Shown: positions 12,273 to 23,156 of the stretch, in pieces
Layout: every line of letters starts with the position of its first letter
Numbering within the stretch: the first letter of the stretch is position 1
Assembly: GCA_048013815.1 (NCBI GenBank)
Contig: CM106586.1
Coordinates: 21,762,001 to 21,826,000, forward strand
Reading direction: 5' to 3'
DNA from: Setoptus koraiensis
Lineage: Eukaryota; Animalia; Arthropoda
Length of the DNA stretch: 64,000 nucleotides
Made by a program: the position numbers and the translations under genes
Notes under the pieces: model-generated
Databases searched by the model: none
Told to the model about the DNA's origin: nothing
What the model saw: only the letters and a program-made list of their open reading frames with translations

Positions 12273-15200
12273 CAGTTCGGGTCAGCTTATTTCGCGATCC
12301 AGCGATTGTTTATTATTGTGTCATTCGGAGGGGCAGAGAGCGAGAGAAATCCGTGATAATGTCGAGCAGATACAGTAGCTAATTGGACAATTTACATTTG
12401 AATGGTTCGGTCGTTGTGACGAAAAACTCGCACCAACATCGACCATGAGAACAGCGTCAGTTCTCTTGACACAACTACCACTTGATTTGGCCGGACAATG
12501 GACGCTCGCAGAGAACGCTCCTTACCTGGGCCTAAATAACAACAATAAACACACCATTTGCATATGATTAAATAGAGAGTTGTCGCGTGTTTTTGTTTGT
12601 TTGCGTCGGCGTGTATGTCGGCCACTCTAAACTTGAGTGAGTTGCATTGCCGCTTTAGGGGTGGTCCTATATCTGGCCAACTGTATTCGGCACAAAACAT
12701 TCATATCTCACGGCGCTTTCCATGCAAATCTTGAGCTGCGAACGCGGCCGAGAATTTGAAGTTTATTGAGTTTTATGCTAATTCACAACTGATATCGCTC
12801 ATCCAACTGTGCACAAACGATACCTACGGAGCGTTTTATTACAACCGTGCTGACAGTTGTAACAATCAATCCGAAAATATACTAGATAAATGTGTAATTT
12901 AATTTGGCGAGCAGATCGACCGTTTGCGACGCGCCAGCGAAAATCGTTCGAAAATTGTCAGTTGTGACGACTGGTCATCAATTTGCAATCGTGTCGAAAC
13001 GAACGTTCGGAAGCAAGGGCTACTTGCTGATTTCAATGCTGATTCGTGGCAGAAATATGCACGAGACGTCGCTTTCGACGAAGCGGCCCACTCTCTGTTT
13101 GTCCGTTGCTGCCATTTTCGAGTCGAGAATCTCGACCAAGGTGGCCGCGAATCCGTTCGAATTGGCACTGTGATACAATGTTTTGACGAGAACAAGTGCG
13201 GCTCGCCGGCAGTCATCGAATGGCCCGAATCACATCACTCATGTCAGAAAGAAAGAAGCAAATGACATACGAACACGCGCAAGTGGCAGTGAAAATCGGT
13301 GGGTCACCGGGTGAATAGAATCAAGCGTGGACCACACATTTTTTAGTCATTGGCCAGGCCATTATAACTCAATTTCTGGCACGAGTACAACACCCGACAC
13401 CCGTGCCAGTGACCCACACAAGCACTCGGCACTTAGAAATAACACGCTGAATACAATGGAGAACTCATCAGATTATTGGGGCGACGACACGTGCACAACG
13501 TACCGTTGCATTGGCGGATGATCGATCGATTAATTCGGTTCGGTTCGGTTAAAGAGCCACGGAAAAGAATTCGAGAAAATATCGTGTATACGCACATGTG
13601 TGTGTTCCATGAGAATAAAGACGAATGTCCCAAAAATTGACCTGTTTCTCTCGTGGCCCCTTGTATCGGTGTAAAAACCTATACTGAACGAGCGCCTGAT
13701 CACCTCTCATTTGATTGCTATCGGTCCGTATAGTGTCACCATAAGAATCATTTTTGATCAATTTGAGGCTGCTCAAACAGCAATTTCTCCACAAATCGAC
13801 CCTGTGAAATGCATTATTGTAGCCCGCAGCTAAAGGTGGCAAAAAAAGAAATAACTGTCACGTTCCATGGTCGCTCTGCTGCTGATTGATATGTCAAACA
13901 GCATCAGTCGACGGACACTGGTGCGACCTCATTACAGATTAACTGTGTCGTTAGGAGAAAACGAGCAATTGGTCTGGTGATTTTAGAGTTGATTTGTGCC
14001 CAATCGATTAGAATCAATTAGGTGTAGATTAGGCGTAAATGAGATGGCAAAAGGCTGAAGAATAAAGAAAAATTTGACCGAGCGTTCATCTTCGCCATCG
14101 GCATACATTGTTGGTCGCCATTGATCTCTTCAGGGATCCTTCTTCTAGCAAACGGCTCAAGCTATAACTATATTGGTAACTGGCGTAATATCCTCGAAAA
14201 TACTAATTGGATTAGTCATTTAAACTTGATCTGAATCTTAATGATTCTGATCCTTCAAATGTCGATGGTAATTATAATTGCTTGCCAGGCGCATCATACT
14301 ATTTATCGTACAGTTCAGCTCACCATTTATCTGGCGGCCATTAACATCAAGGATATAGAGTGAAAAATTGTAACAATGATCATTGTGTTTGTTATTTCTC
14401 CGAATATCATTGTACAGTTGTAATCATGAAGCGAGCCAATTTTCATCACAAATAATGATGGTCACAATGATCAATTAGCATTTAAAACCAAAATGGAAAG
14501 AAGAAAACGGATCACGATCAACCTAAAACAAACAAACAAATGAAGAGAGTGCCAGTTAGACACACTTGGGTGCAATCAGCCAAAGAGATCTCTTTGTGTT
14601 TCGGACCAACGACAAGCCGGCATCACGACTCGGCTGGTCGTTATCCATTCTTTTCGATAATTTATAAGATAATGGCCGAATAGAATAGGATCACGAATTT
14701 ACACAGGACAATTGTCTAGTCACAGTGGATGGATTTATACATAAAATGAAATTATTTCATTTTATGCACTTCAGTCACTTACAAAAGCGAGCGGTCTGGT
14801 GCGTACGACCAGACAATTTTGACGATAATTTTATTTACTTTGAAATAATTTGCCTGCGTGAATATTCAAATTGAGTTTCGAATGAGTTTGCTTCGAATTG
14901 AATATTGCTGCCACAATCCATTCAGCGTCCCATTTGGGCTGGACCCTTTCGAATGACACTTTCTCTATCTCTTTCTCTCCCAGTCGAAACTGTACTATGA
15001 TGACAGATAAGTGCCGTTATCAGAGTGCACGAGATTTGTTTTTTCCGTTCACTGTATTAACGAAATTACAGCGCGAAACTCATAGCCTCGATCAGCCAAT
15101 TTATTATGACTCTCTAACCTGCTAATCAGGGTCAAACTGTCGCAGTTTTGGAAAGAGTGCGCCTATCAGAAAGTGAAATCTGTGCAACGGTCATAGTGGT

Positions 15201-16272
15201 TTACCACTAGCACACCACCAATGGTCATCTTCATTTATACTCAGTTATAAAGCACCATTGCAATATAGCCTGAAGTAGGGTAATTAGTTTCGCCGGCCGA
15301 CGATGAGCACGAAAAGTCACTGAGACTGGCGTAAAAGTGGGGTCGAAAGTGTGCCGCGAATACGGCCCTCAATCTATATGGAGAGCGATGTGAGGGAGCT
15401 AAAAACAAAGCCGTGTCAGAGAATGGATCTAGTGCAATCGTGGTGCACAGTTGATTTCTTATGGTCGCAATTGGCATAAAAGGTGAACAATTGCAGTTAA
15501 ATATTAATGCTGTTAATTAAATGTTAGAAACTCGCAGCTTTTTACGGTTGTTCTGTCAGCTATAGACAGCTGGCCTTTCGAGAATCGCTTCGAGAGTCAT
15601 ACCGTTACAAATGTTGCATCGGTGCGCTGGAAATTGATATACACGATCAACAACAAGAAACACCTAAAGCGGATACATACATTGATTATTTTCAGTCATA
15701 TACACATAGATCAACAGGGGCGCCATTTGAGCGTTGGTGCCGCTCGTAAATGCCACTTGGTTTGTTACTTCTTTTATCTCGCACGTGCGGCAATTGTTAC
15801 TGTTGCTGATTCTTTGCACCAGGGCACCGGTGCTATATCAATGCAACATACAATAAAATTCTGTATTATATATATAGCAATAGTAACAGTTATAATAATT
15901 GTATTTAATGGTGCAACGGAACGTGACCTCTGCCAAAACGACCTGTCGGCCCGGCTCATTTGAAGTGAGCACGAGCGAGCGAGCGAGCGATCGATTTTGA
16001 TTTTGATTTTATTGATTTGATAGGCGCCCACCATTCGACACTGGCAATTAGAGAGGCATGATTCATCATAATCAATTAGACGTTGCGCTCTTGATACATA
16101 AATGTAACATTGGTTTGGTTGCTCGTTTAATGGCTCATCTAATTGACCAAGCAGTCACCCAATGCTTGGCTACCTGTTACGTGCGTTCGCCTGGTAGCCG
16201 GTCGGCAGCGGCCCTCGGGCTAACCTTACCGAAATCGGCACGATCAATTCACGTGTTGCTTCATCTATGACT

Positions 16273-16323
16273 ACCGAATGCATCCACTGTATAACCGAAT
16301 GTATCCAATGTATAACCGAATGT
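16273..16323. repeat. 21-bp tandem repeat ACCGAATGYATCCAMTGTATA, ~2.4 units
   Basis: Units at 16273, 16294 and 16315 (partial). Confidence 0.85.
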
Positions 16324-16711
16324 GTGACCAGCAAACATTTGACCATCAAACGCACGTGTAACAGCTACTCAAAAATGTTGTTAAATTACAAATAAAATTG
16401 TTGCTGGTGCACCAATTGTAATGCAACACCAACACTGATGCGCCAACATGATCCGGTTATCGCTCCGCGTTCCGACAGTCTGCAACCTGACAACCTCTCT
16501 CATAACTCTCTCATAATTCGCAAGAGTTATGTAACTTCTTAGATTGAACTGCATAGACAGTTTTCGTGTCTAACGGCATGTATCTGTAGTGAGCGCTGTT
16601 ACGATCCAGTCCAATGTTCGATTGATTTTTATTAAGAATATGCAGGGTGTATATAGGATCTATTTCTCATATCCTTGCAATCAATTATTAGACTGACACT
16701 GAATATCTGGG

Positions 16712-18500
16712 CTAACAAGGTAAACCCTTTTATGTGATACGAGAGATTCCAACTGACTATAGCCTAAACCTTCTCTCCTGATCAAGCTGACAAGGTTAAC
16801 CTCCTAGGGGTGACACTCAGAATACGCCCACTATAGTCTTTATGAACTCTCCAGTGTACCGAGAACAAGAATATGCTAGTCTCGTTCCCAACTTCGGCCA
16901 AAAAAATTCTAGATTTTCTGAAATTAGACCCACTACTTGGATCCACAATAGTCCCTCAAGCATCTACGGATGATGCTTGGGGTAGAAGATAAATTTCCGA
17001 ATATATCAGGACTGATAATGGAAATTTTGGTTGATTGGTTGGTTGGTTGGTTGGTTGGTTGGTAATTTCTAGCGTAGTTAATTCAGCGAGCGTATTCGTA
17101 AAGTAGTAAATGGGCGTGTTTCAACAAATTTGTGGATTTTTAGGTATCAAATAATTGTCAAAATTTACACTTTATTTCAACTCAAATCACCTAATACTAT
17201 ATTCTTACGACGAATAGAAGCAAAACAATAGAGTTCTGGAAAATATTACGATTATTCCAAAAACTAGACTTTAGTTGAGGTTTTTATATATCTTTTCTTG
17301 CTCAGCTTGATCAGGAGAGAAGATTTAGGCTATAGTCAGTTGGAATCTTTTGTACCTGGAAAGGAGGTTTACTTTGTGAGCAGGAAAGGGTATACCAAAA
17401 CCTCATTTAAGGACTAATTTTTGGAATTTTTCTGCCAAGGAAGGCGTTAAATATTTGAACAAATGTAATATATTTGGGAAACTCATTGTAGAAGCCCAGA
17501 GTCGTTTCAAGACTCTTCATTAAGACCCGACGTTCTAACAGGCTCGGAGGTGCACCCGTGGATCATATTAATGGCCTTATTCAAATTTTTTTGTACTTTT
17601 ATACTGGGAGGTGTACTCCAACCCAGACCAAATTGTGGCACCATGCTAGATATGTGCATCTCAGACATCGTTTTGTACCCATTAATGAATGAATCTAACG
17701 ATGGTCGTAGGCCTTGGAATATCCCTGTTAACGCATTCACACCACCAACCTCCGTGCCTGGACCCGCGGCTCACGAATACGAGGCCTTTGTCACTGTGAT
17801 AGCAGCCTGGCGTCATAAGATGAGGCAGCCTAGAGATGGAAATATCACGGGATATGAGACGGATCATAGTGATGATGACCGAGGATCTTCTGATGAAGAT
17901 AGTATGTTCTCTGATGTTGACGAAGAGTCCTCTTCTGAGGAAGAAGAGGATCCTGATAGACCTGTGGCTGTCAATTCTTCGGCCTTCATTCTTCTTAACA
18001 ATACAGAATTAAACGATCAAAGTTGAAATTAATTGAACATTTTGACACTTATTTTTGCCACCGAGAAAACAACGAAATGATGATACTTGACTAGCCACAC
18101 CGATCATATATTAGCACAATCATCTCAAATCAGCAGTATTGTAACGTATGTACATGTTGCATTCGTGATTTGTCGAAATGCTCTCTTTTCTTCGCAGACG
18201 ATAGATCTCGCTGTATTAATAACGCTAGAAATCACCAACCAACCAACTAAACAATCAAACATTCTATCACTAATCCTGATATTTTCTGAAAATATCCACC
18301 CAGAGCATCATCCCTATATGCTTAGGGCACAATTGTGAATCCAAATAGAATGCCTAATTTCAGAAAATACGAAGAAAAATTTCTAATTTTTCTTGCCGTA
18401 GCCGGGAACGAGACTAGCGTATTCTTGTTCCAGATATACAAGAAAGTTCAAAAAGGACTATAGAGAGCTCATTCTGAGTGCCACCCCAAGGAGGTTTACC
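16712..18500. mobile_element. Fold-back/DNA-transposon-like element (locus A) with long diverged inverted arms
   Basis: ~16785-17180 is the reverse complement of ~18021-18500; e.g. gaacaagaatatgctagtctcgttccc vs gggaacgagactagcgtattcttgttc, and the GGTT tract vs the AACC tract. A 75-bp unit occurs forward at 16715-16789 and inverted at ~17290-17348. Blocks 17377-17427 and 18211-18259 recur at 58336-58386 and 58944-58992. Confidence 0.75.
17550..18026 (+). CDS. 158-aa ORF inside the element: hydrophobic N-terminus, very acidic Ser/Asp/Glu C-terminal tract; unknown function
   Basis: Uninterrupted frame that ends at the inner edge of the right inverted arm. The first codon is GTG, with in-frame ATGs downstream. 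Tail is SDDDRGSSDEDSMFSDVDEESSSEEEED. Confidence 0.45.
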   Translation: MHPWIILMALFKFFCTFILGGVLQPRPNCGTMLDMCISDIVLYPLMNESNDGRRPWNIPVNAFTPPTSVPGPAAHEYEAFVTVIAAWRHKMRQPRDGNITGYETDHSDDDRGSSDEDSMFSDVDEESSSEEEEDPDRPVAVNSSAFILLNNTELNDQS

Positions 18501-18733
18501 ATGTAAGCGTCTAAAAGACGATGCGAACAAGAATTTTGCGGTACATGACCAGTAAAGGGTCGGGCAACTGGAAGATCGATCAACTCTTACATTGGATGTA
18601 TTTTCTATAATTGTAACTGTACATTGTAAGTATAAATATTATGTATGGTTTTGTGATTTTTTTTTCACATGTTTTAAATTCCTACTTCACTTACAATCAC
18701 TCAATCACTAAACGACAGATGTTAATGTTTGTA

Positions 18734-19423
18734 TCAGTCAAGATCATCATCATCAAATATATCACCAAAATCTCTATAAAAGTCATGATGTAAATTCACT
18801 GACTGAGCGTTTTCGTTGGCCATTGCCTGGTCATTACTGGATGTTAAATTTCTGAAAAATTTGTGGATTGATTGATTTTGGCTCGCATTGCCAGATAACT
18901 GGGCCGGTGGCGGCGCTCCAACTGAATCTTCTAACATGTCCATGGGCTCGGAAAACATTTCATCGTTCATGTCGATTTTAAAATCATTTTGGCTATCATT
19001 CAATATGGACGATGCTTCTCTTTTAAATGTATTATTAGGCTTACTATTTATCAAGGATGAATTCTGAGATGGTGCTTTTGTTGAGTGTGCCATTTGTGAC
19101 AAATTGGCTGATATCGATGAAGATTGTACTGTCTTCAGGTTCTTAGAGTTAACTGAATTAGAATTATTCCTAGAATTAGTTATGTCAGGTGTACTGTTAG
19201 TTGGTGTCGATGAGTGCCTGATGGTTGTGGTTGAACTAGCAGGATTAGTGGAATCTTGGTATGTAGTGGGACCTGAGGCAATAGAATTTGCTCCCGAAAG
19301 AGATGAAGCAGATGACGAGGATGAAGCTGATGACAGTGTTGAGGACGCCACCAACTCAGTAGACTTCATCTTCTTTCTACTTATATAACACTTGCTAATA
19401 TTTACTGAATCTATGATGGCCAA
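18734..19423 (-). CDS. COPS9: COP9 signalosome subunit 9 (CSNAP/MYEOV2)-like protein with long Ser/Asn-rich N-terminal extension
   Basis: C-terminus ANENAQSVNLHHDFYRDFGDIFDDDDLD and upstream DEMFSEP match the hallmark CSNAP motifs (DEMFPEG…[22 protein letters not shown]). Single-exon 229-aa ORF. Confidence 0.75.
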   Translation of the reverse strand: MAIIDSVNISKCYISRKKMKSTELVASSTLSSASSSSSASSLSGANSIASGPTTYQDSTNPASSTTTIRHSSTPTNSTPDITNSRNNSNSVNSKNLKTVQSSSISANLSQMAHSTKAPSQNSSLINSKPNNTFKREASSILNDSQNDFKIDMNDEMFSEPMDMLEDSVGAPPPAQLSGNASQNQSIHKFFRNLTSSNDQAMANENAQSVNLHHDFYRDFGDIFDDDDLD

Positions 19424-21314
19424 TCTATTTCACCAATGACTTGATGAGGAAATTGGTCTGAAGTGTTAGAAGAAAATTCGATGAGTGATAGTCTAGACAA
19501 TTTTAGTAATAATAATATAGCGAGATTGATAATATTCCAATGATAATGATCAGCTGATACATGTGATGATTTCAGTTAGAATCTGTTATCTTAGATTATC
19601 TCGGATATCTCGATGTTAAAATGAATCTTTCGGATCAGTAAATAAGAATAATAGTAATGTAAGTGGCCTGTCGTTCCTATTATCTACTAATGCCTGATGT
19701 ATAATAGTGTATGTTGGATGTATAATAGTAATATAATAGGATATTGAATATGTGGTGTTTTGATAAATGAGGTAGTATTTATCTATTGAGGTTCGCTGAT
19801 CGTCACAAGCATTGTTATTACTCTGATCAAAAATATGTTTTCATGCGCGCCATCTATCACTCATGAAATGACTCTCGCTCGGACTTGCGAATCAGTAACA
19901 CAATCATCGCAGCGACTTTGCTCAATACAATGAAATCTGCACATGTTCGTATATTGGAAACTTTCTCTTAAAAGTTTTTTTTGTAACCGCTAGAGTGCCA
20001 AATAGTATTACAAGTTGCAGGTGGCAACCTTCATTTTTTACATGCGCTAATCTTGCGTGAAGGATAAAATATGCTGAAGTGACTCACTAAAATGGCTGCT
20101 AAACATAGATTTGCTCATCAACAATCGTTTACTCTTGATTCCAGCTGTAGTATTTTTTTTTTTCAATTCTCCCAGAATTGAAAAAAAAAATCCAAACAAC
20201 CCTCGCTCCAGGATTTCTCTTGCGGACTCGACTAGATATAACTGCCAACTGACGGTATCGATGATTCAAAGGGTCTTCCATCGAACCATCGATATCTCAA
20301 ACAGATAGAAATAAGAGCTCATTGGTGGTTAGAAGCACCACCATGACAGCTTCTTTTTTTTTCTAGTCTAGACATGATGACAACAGGTTTTAATTGTACG
20401 CTCATGTCGCGGAGATAATGATGGCGTCCTAGAAGAGGTGTTCTCTAGAGAATTTGCAAGAAACTCCTGTCTAGCAATCTTACATCTTGTTAGAGAATTG
20501 ATAATAGTTATGAGAGGAGTGTACCTGACTTTTGTTTACATTGACCATGTTTTTGCTCCAAGCCAGCCGTCACAGCGCAATCAATGACGCCCCCTAGCTG
20601 ACAATAACTGGACGATATTGAGTACATTCTTATACGAGGCCTACAATGGTCTAAAACTAATAATATTGTATCATGCTCTCCTCACCAGGGCGCTTTGTAA
20701 ATACAACTTGTATGACAGAAGTACTCATTGCCGACAAGAAGATACGCAATATATTTCTTCGTAAGACTTACAAGTTGAGTCATACTGTACCGTGTGGAAA
20801 TCTGCTGATACCTCCAGCCGCAGTTCAGGGAAAAACCGCTCGAGGTCGCTTTTTGTACACGCATTTTTCGTGCGTGAGATCGAATGAGCAATCGAAAAAC
20901 AAATCAACAAGAAAAAAAGAAGAAAAAACGTAAAATTTATCGAGCCACCTCAACCTTTTCAGTGCTTTTTTAGGGTGACGCCAGCACCCCTGGCGTCTTT
21001 TCCTTGAACTACGGCCGAAGGCATCGGCAGATTTCCACACGGTAATCAACAAAGCATGAGATGTTCAATTGACTCAACAGATTATTATTATTTTTCGTCG
21101 TCTATTATCATGGATACCACTATATAATTGGGAGAAATTGTTATTTGTTTACCATTATTATAAATCTGGCCAATTCTCACACATACAATCTTCGTCCGTC
21201 GAATCATTCCGAGAGTTACTCTCCCAAATAGGCGTTTTGGATACAGTTGCTCTATTATTGTTATCCAATTCTTTGTTATTATTATTATATTATTATATCA
21301 GATAAAACAACAGA

Positions 21315-23156
21315 ATGTCCTCATTCAAGAAACTGATTCAGCCAGAATGTGGGGGACCGAATCCTTTGGTGACCGCTGCCAATCAATTGAACGCCAGTTC
21401 AATGTTACCAGGAGTTGGTACCAGCCATCAATTATTCTCACAAACTCGAGGAATAGGCGATAATCTTGTGGGCGAATTTATGGGGATGTCACTTCATCAA
21501 CGGCAACAAATGGAGGCCAAAAATTTGCAGGATAATTTCGCTCTGAATAATATGATGCCAACTCAATCAAACCATATGCTTGCCTCTATGACTAACAACC
21601 CCATCCAATATCAGTGGGCAGATCAATTTTTGAATTCTCGGCAAGTAGGAATGAATGCTCAATGGGACAAAGAGTTTCTCGCTAAAACCTCAGGCGCTAC
21701 TGTCATGCCTTCGATCGCCCCATCGACCTCCAACCAACAACCTCAACAATACAGTCACAATATTCCATACAATAGATATTATCTTCCTGGGATATCGTCC
21801 ACTTCATCCCAGTTTAACAACACTCTCGAACAGGTACTTCAATCATCGTCGGTCGCACTCACAAAAAACCAGAGAGATGATGTTGATTTGCAAGAAAAGC
21901 TCAGAGAAATACAAGCGTTCCTTCCGTTCGAGCTTCGTATTAAACAAGAACAAACGGAGAACAAACAACGGGAGAAACTTGATGACATTAAATTTTGGCA
22001 AGACCTATCTGCAAAGATATCTGCAAGCGAAAAAAGAGCACTTGAAAGTGATCAGGTCATGGTAGATTCTGATCAGTACCTAAAAGATTCTGAAAAGCTT
22101 CTTTCCGACCATCAGTCCGGCTTTTTCAAAACCGGCGAATCACAATCCCAAAGCGAATATATTTTTGATGACACTAACCCACTCAAAGACAAATTCGAAG
22201 ATCCTTTCACCGAGGGAAAGAAGAAACTAGAACAAGGCGACATTCCATCCGCGGTGCTCTTATTTGAAGCGGCTGTACAAAAGGAAGTAAACAATTCTCT
22301 TGCCTGGCGTTTCTTGGGAACCACTCAAGCACAAAACGAAAACGACAAACAGGCCATAAAGGCCCTAAAGCAATGTTGTATATTAGATGCAAATGATCTT
22401 GTTGCTAGATTAGCGTTAGCTGTTAGCTTGGCGAATGAAGGAAAACATAGAAATGCCTGTGTAGAATTGACCGAATGGATAAACCGCAATCCAGCTTATG
22501 AAGATTTGATGAAGACAAGAAAAATAGCAATTGAAACAGAGGACCAAATGAGAGCGAAAACACAAGGAAATCTACAATTTTCATACAGCAACTATGCTAC
22601 ATCTTATATGAGTGAAAAAGAATATGAATTAGTCAAAGATATCTTTGTGGCAGCAGCGAGAATATCACCTAATAATCCCGACCCGGAAGTTCAGTGCGCC
22701 TTAGGTGTACTATTTAATCTCAAGGGAGAGTATCTCAAAGCGGTAGATTGTTTCAAGGCAGCTCTAAGCGTACGGCCCGATGATAGCCTTCTCTGGAATA
22801 GACTGGGTGCCACTTTAGCCAACGGGTCCAAGTCGGAAGAGGCCGTGAGTGCTTATCGTCAAGCCCTCAAATTGTCACCAGGTTTTCTTCGTTCTAGATA
22901 CAATTTGGCTGTCAGTTGTATAAATCTAAACTCGTACAAGGAGGCCGCCGAGCAACTTGTGACTGTCTTGAATATTCAGGCAGCTGGCAGAGGTTTGCAC
23001 AATAGTAAAGCACGCACAATCGCTTCTACAAACATATGGAATACCCTTAGAACTGTTGTGACACTGATGAACAGACCAGATTTATATTCATACATTGACG
23101 GTAAAAATTTGACAGCACTCAATAGCGAATTTCTGCCACAGCGGCAATCAACATGA
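21315..23156 (+). CDS. PEX5: Peroxisomal targeting signal 1 receptor, intronless, 613 aa
   Basis: N-terminal conserved Cys (ECGGPNPL), WxxxF motifs (WADQF, WDKEF) and TPR domain with AWRFLGTTQAQNEND, LGVLFNL, LWNRLGATLANG and RSRYNLAVSCINL. Confidence 0.97.
   Translation: MSSFKKLIQPECGGPNPLVTAANQLNASSMLPGVGTSHQLFSQTRGIGDNLVGEFMGMSLHQRQQMEAKNLQDNFALNNMMPTQSNHMLASMTNNPIQYQWADQFLNSRQVGMNAQWDKEFLAKTSGATVMPSIAPSTSNQQPQQYSHNIPYNRYYLPGISSTSSQFNNTLEQVLQSSSVALTKNQRDDVDLQEKLREIQAFLPFELRIKQEQTENKQREKLDDIKFWQDLSAKISASEKRALESDQVMVDSDQYLKDSEKLLSDHQSGFFKTGESQSQSEYIFDDTNPLKDKFEDPFTEGKKKLEQGDIPSAVLLFEAAVQKEVNNSLAWRFLGTTQAQNENDKQAIKALKQCCILDANDLVARLALAVSLANEGKHRNACVELTEWINRNPAYEDLMKTRKIAIETEDQMRAKTQGNLQFSYSNYATSYMSEKEYELVKDIFVAAARISPNNPDPEVQCALGVLFNLKGEYLKAVDCFKAALSVRPDDSLLWNRLGATLANGSKSEEAVSAYRQALKLSPGFLRSRYNLAVSCINLNSYKEAAEQLVTVLNIQAAGRGLHNSKARTIASTNIWNTLRTVVTLMNRPDLYSYIDGKNLTALNSEFLPQRQST

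Noticed and set aside
12924-13265. 113-aa Cys/Trp-containing + strand ORF
   Set aside because: Composition is plausible, but there is no ATG, no recognisable family, and competing open frames exist on both strands; not supportable.
14230-14410. ~60-codon - strand frame rich in N-x-S/T sequons
   Set aside because: It is bounded by stops with no usable acceptor or start.
19768-19790. TGAGGTAGTA, a let-7-like 5' sequence
   Set aside because: Only ~10 nt match and there is no complementary star arm or hairpin.
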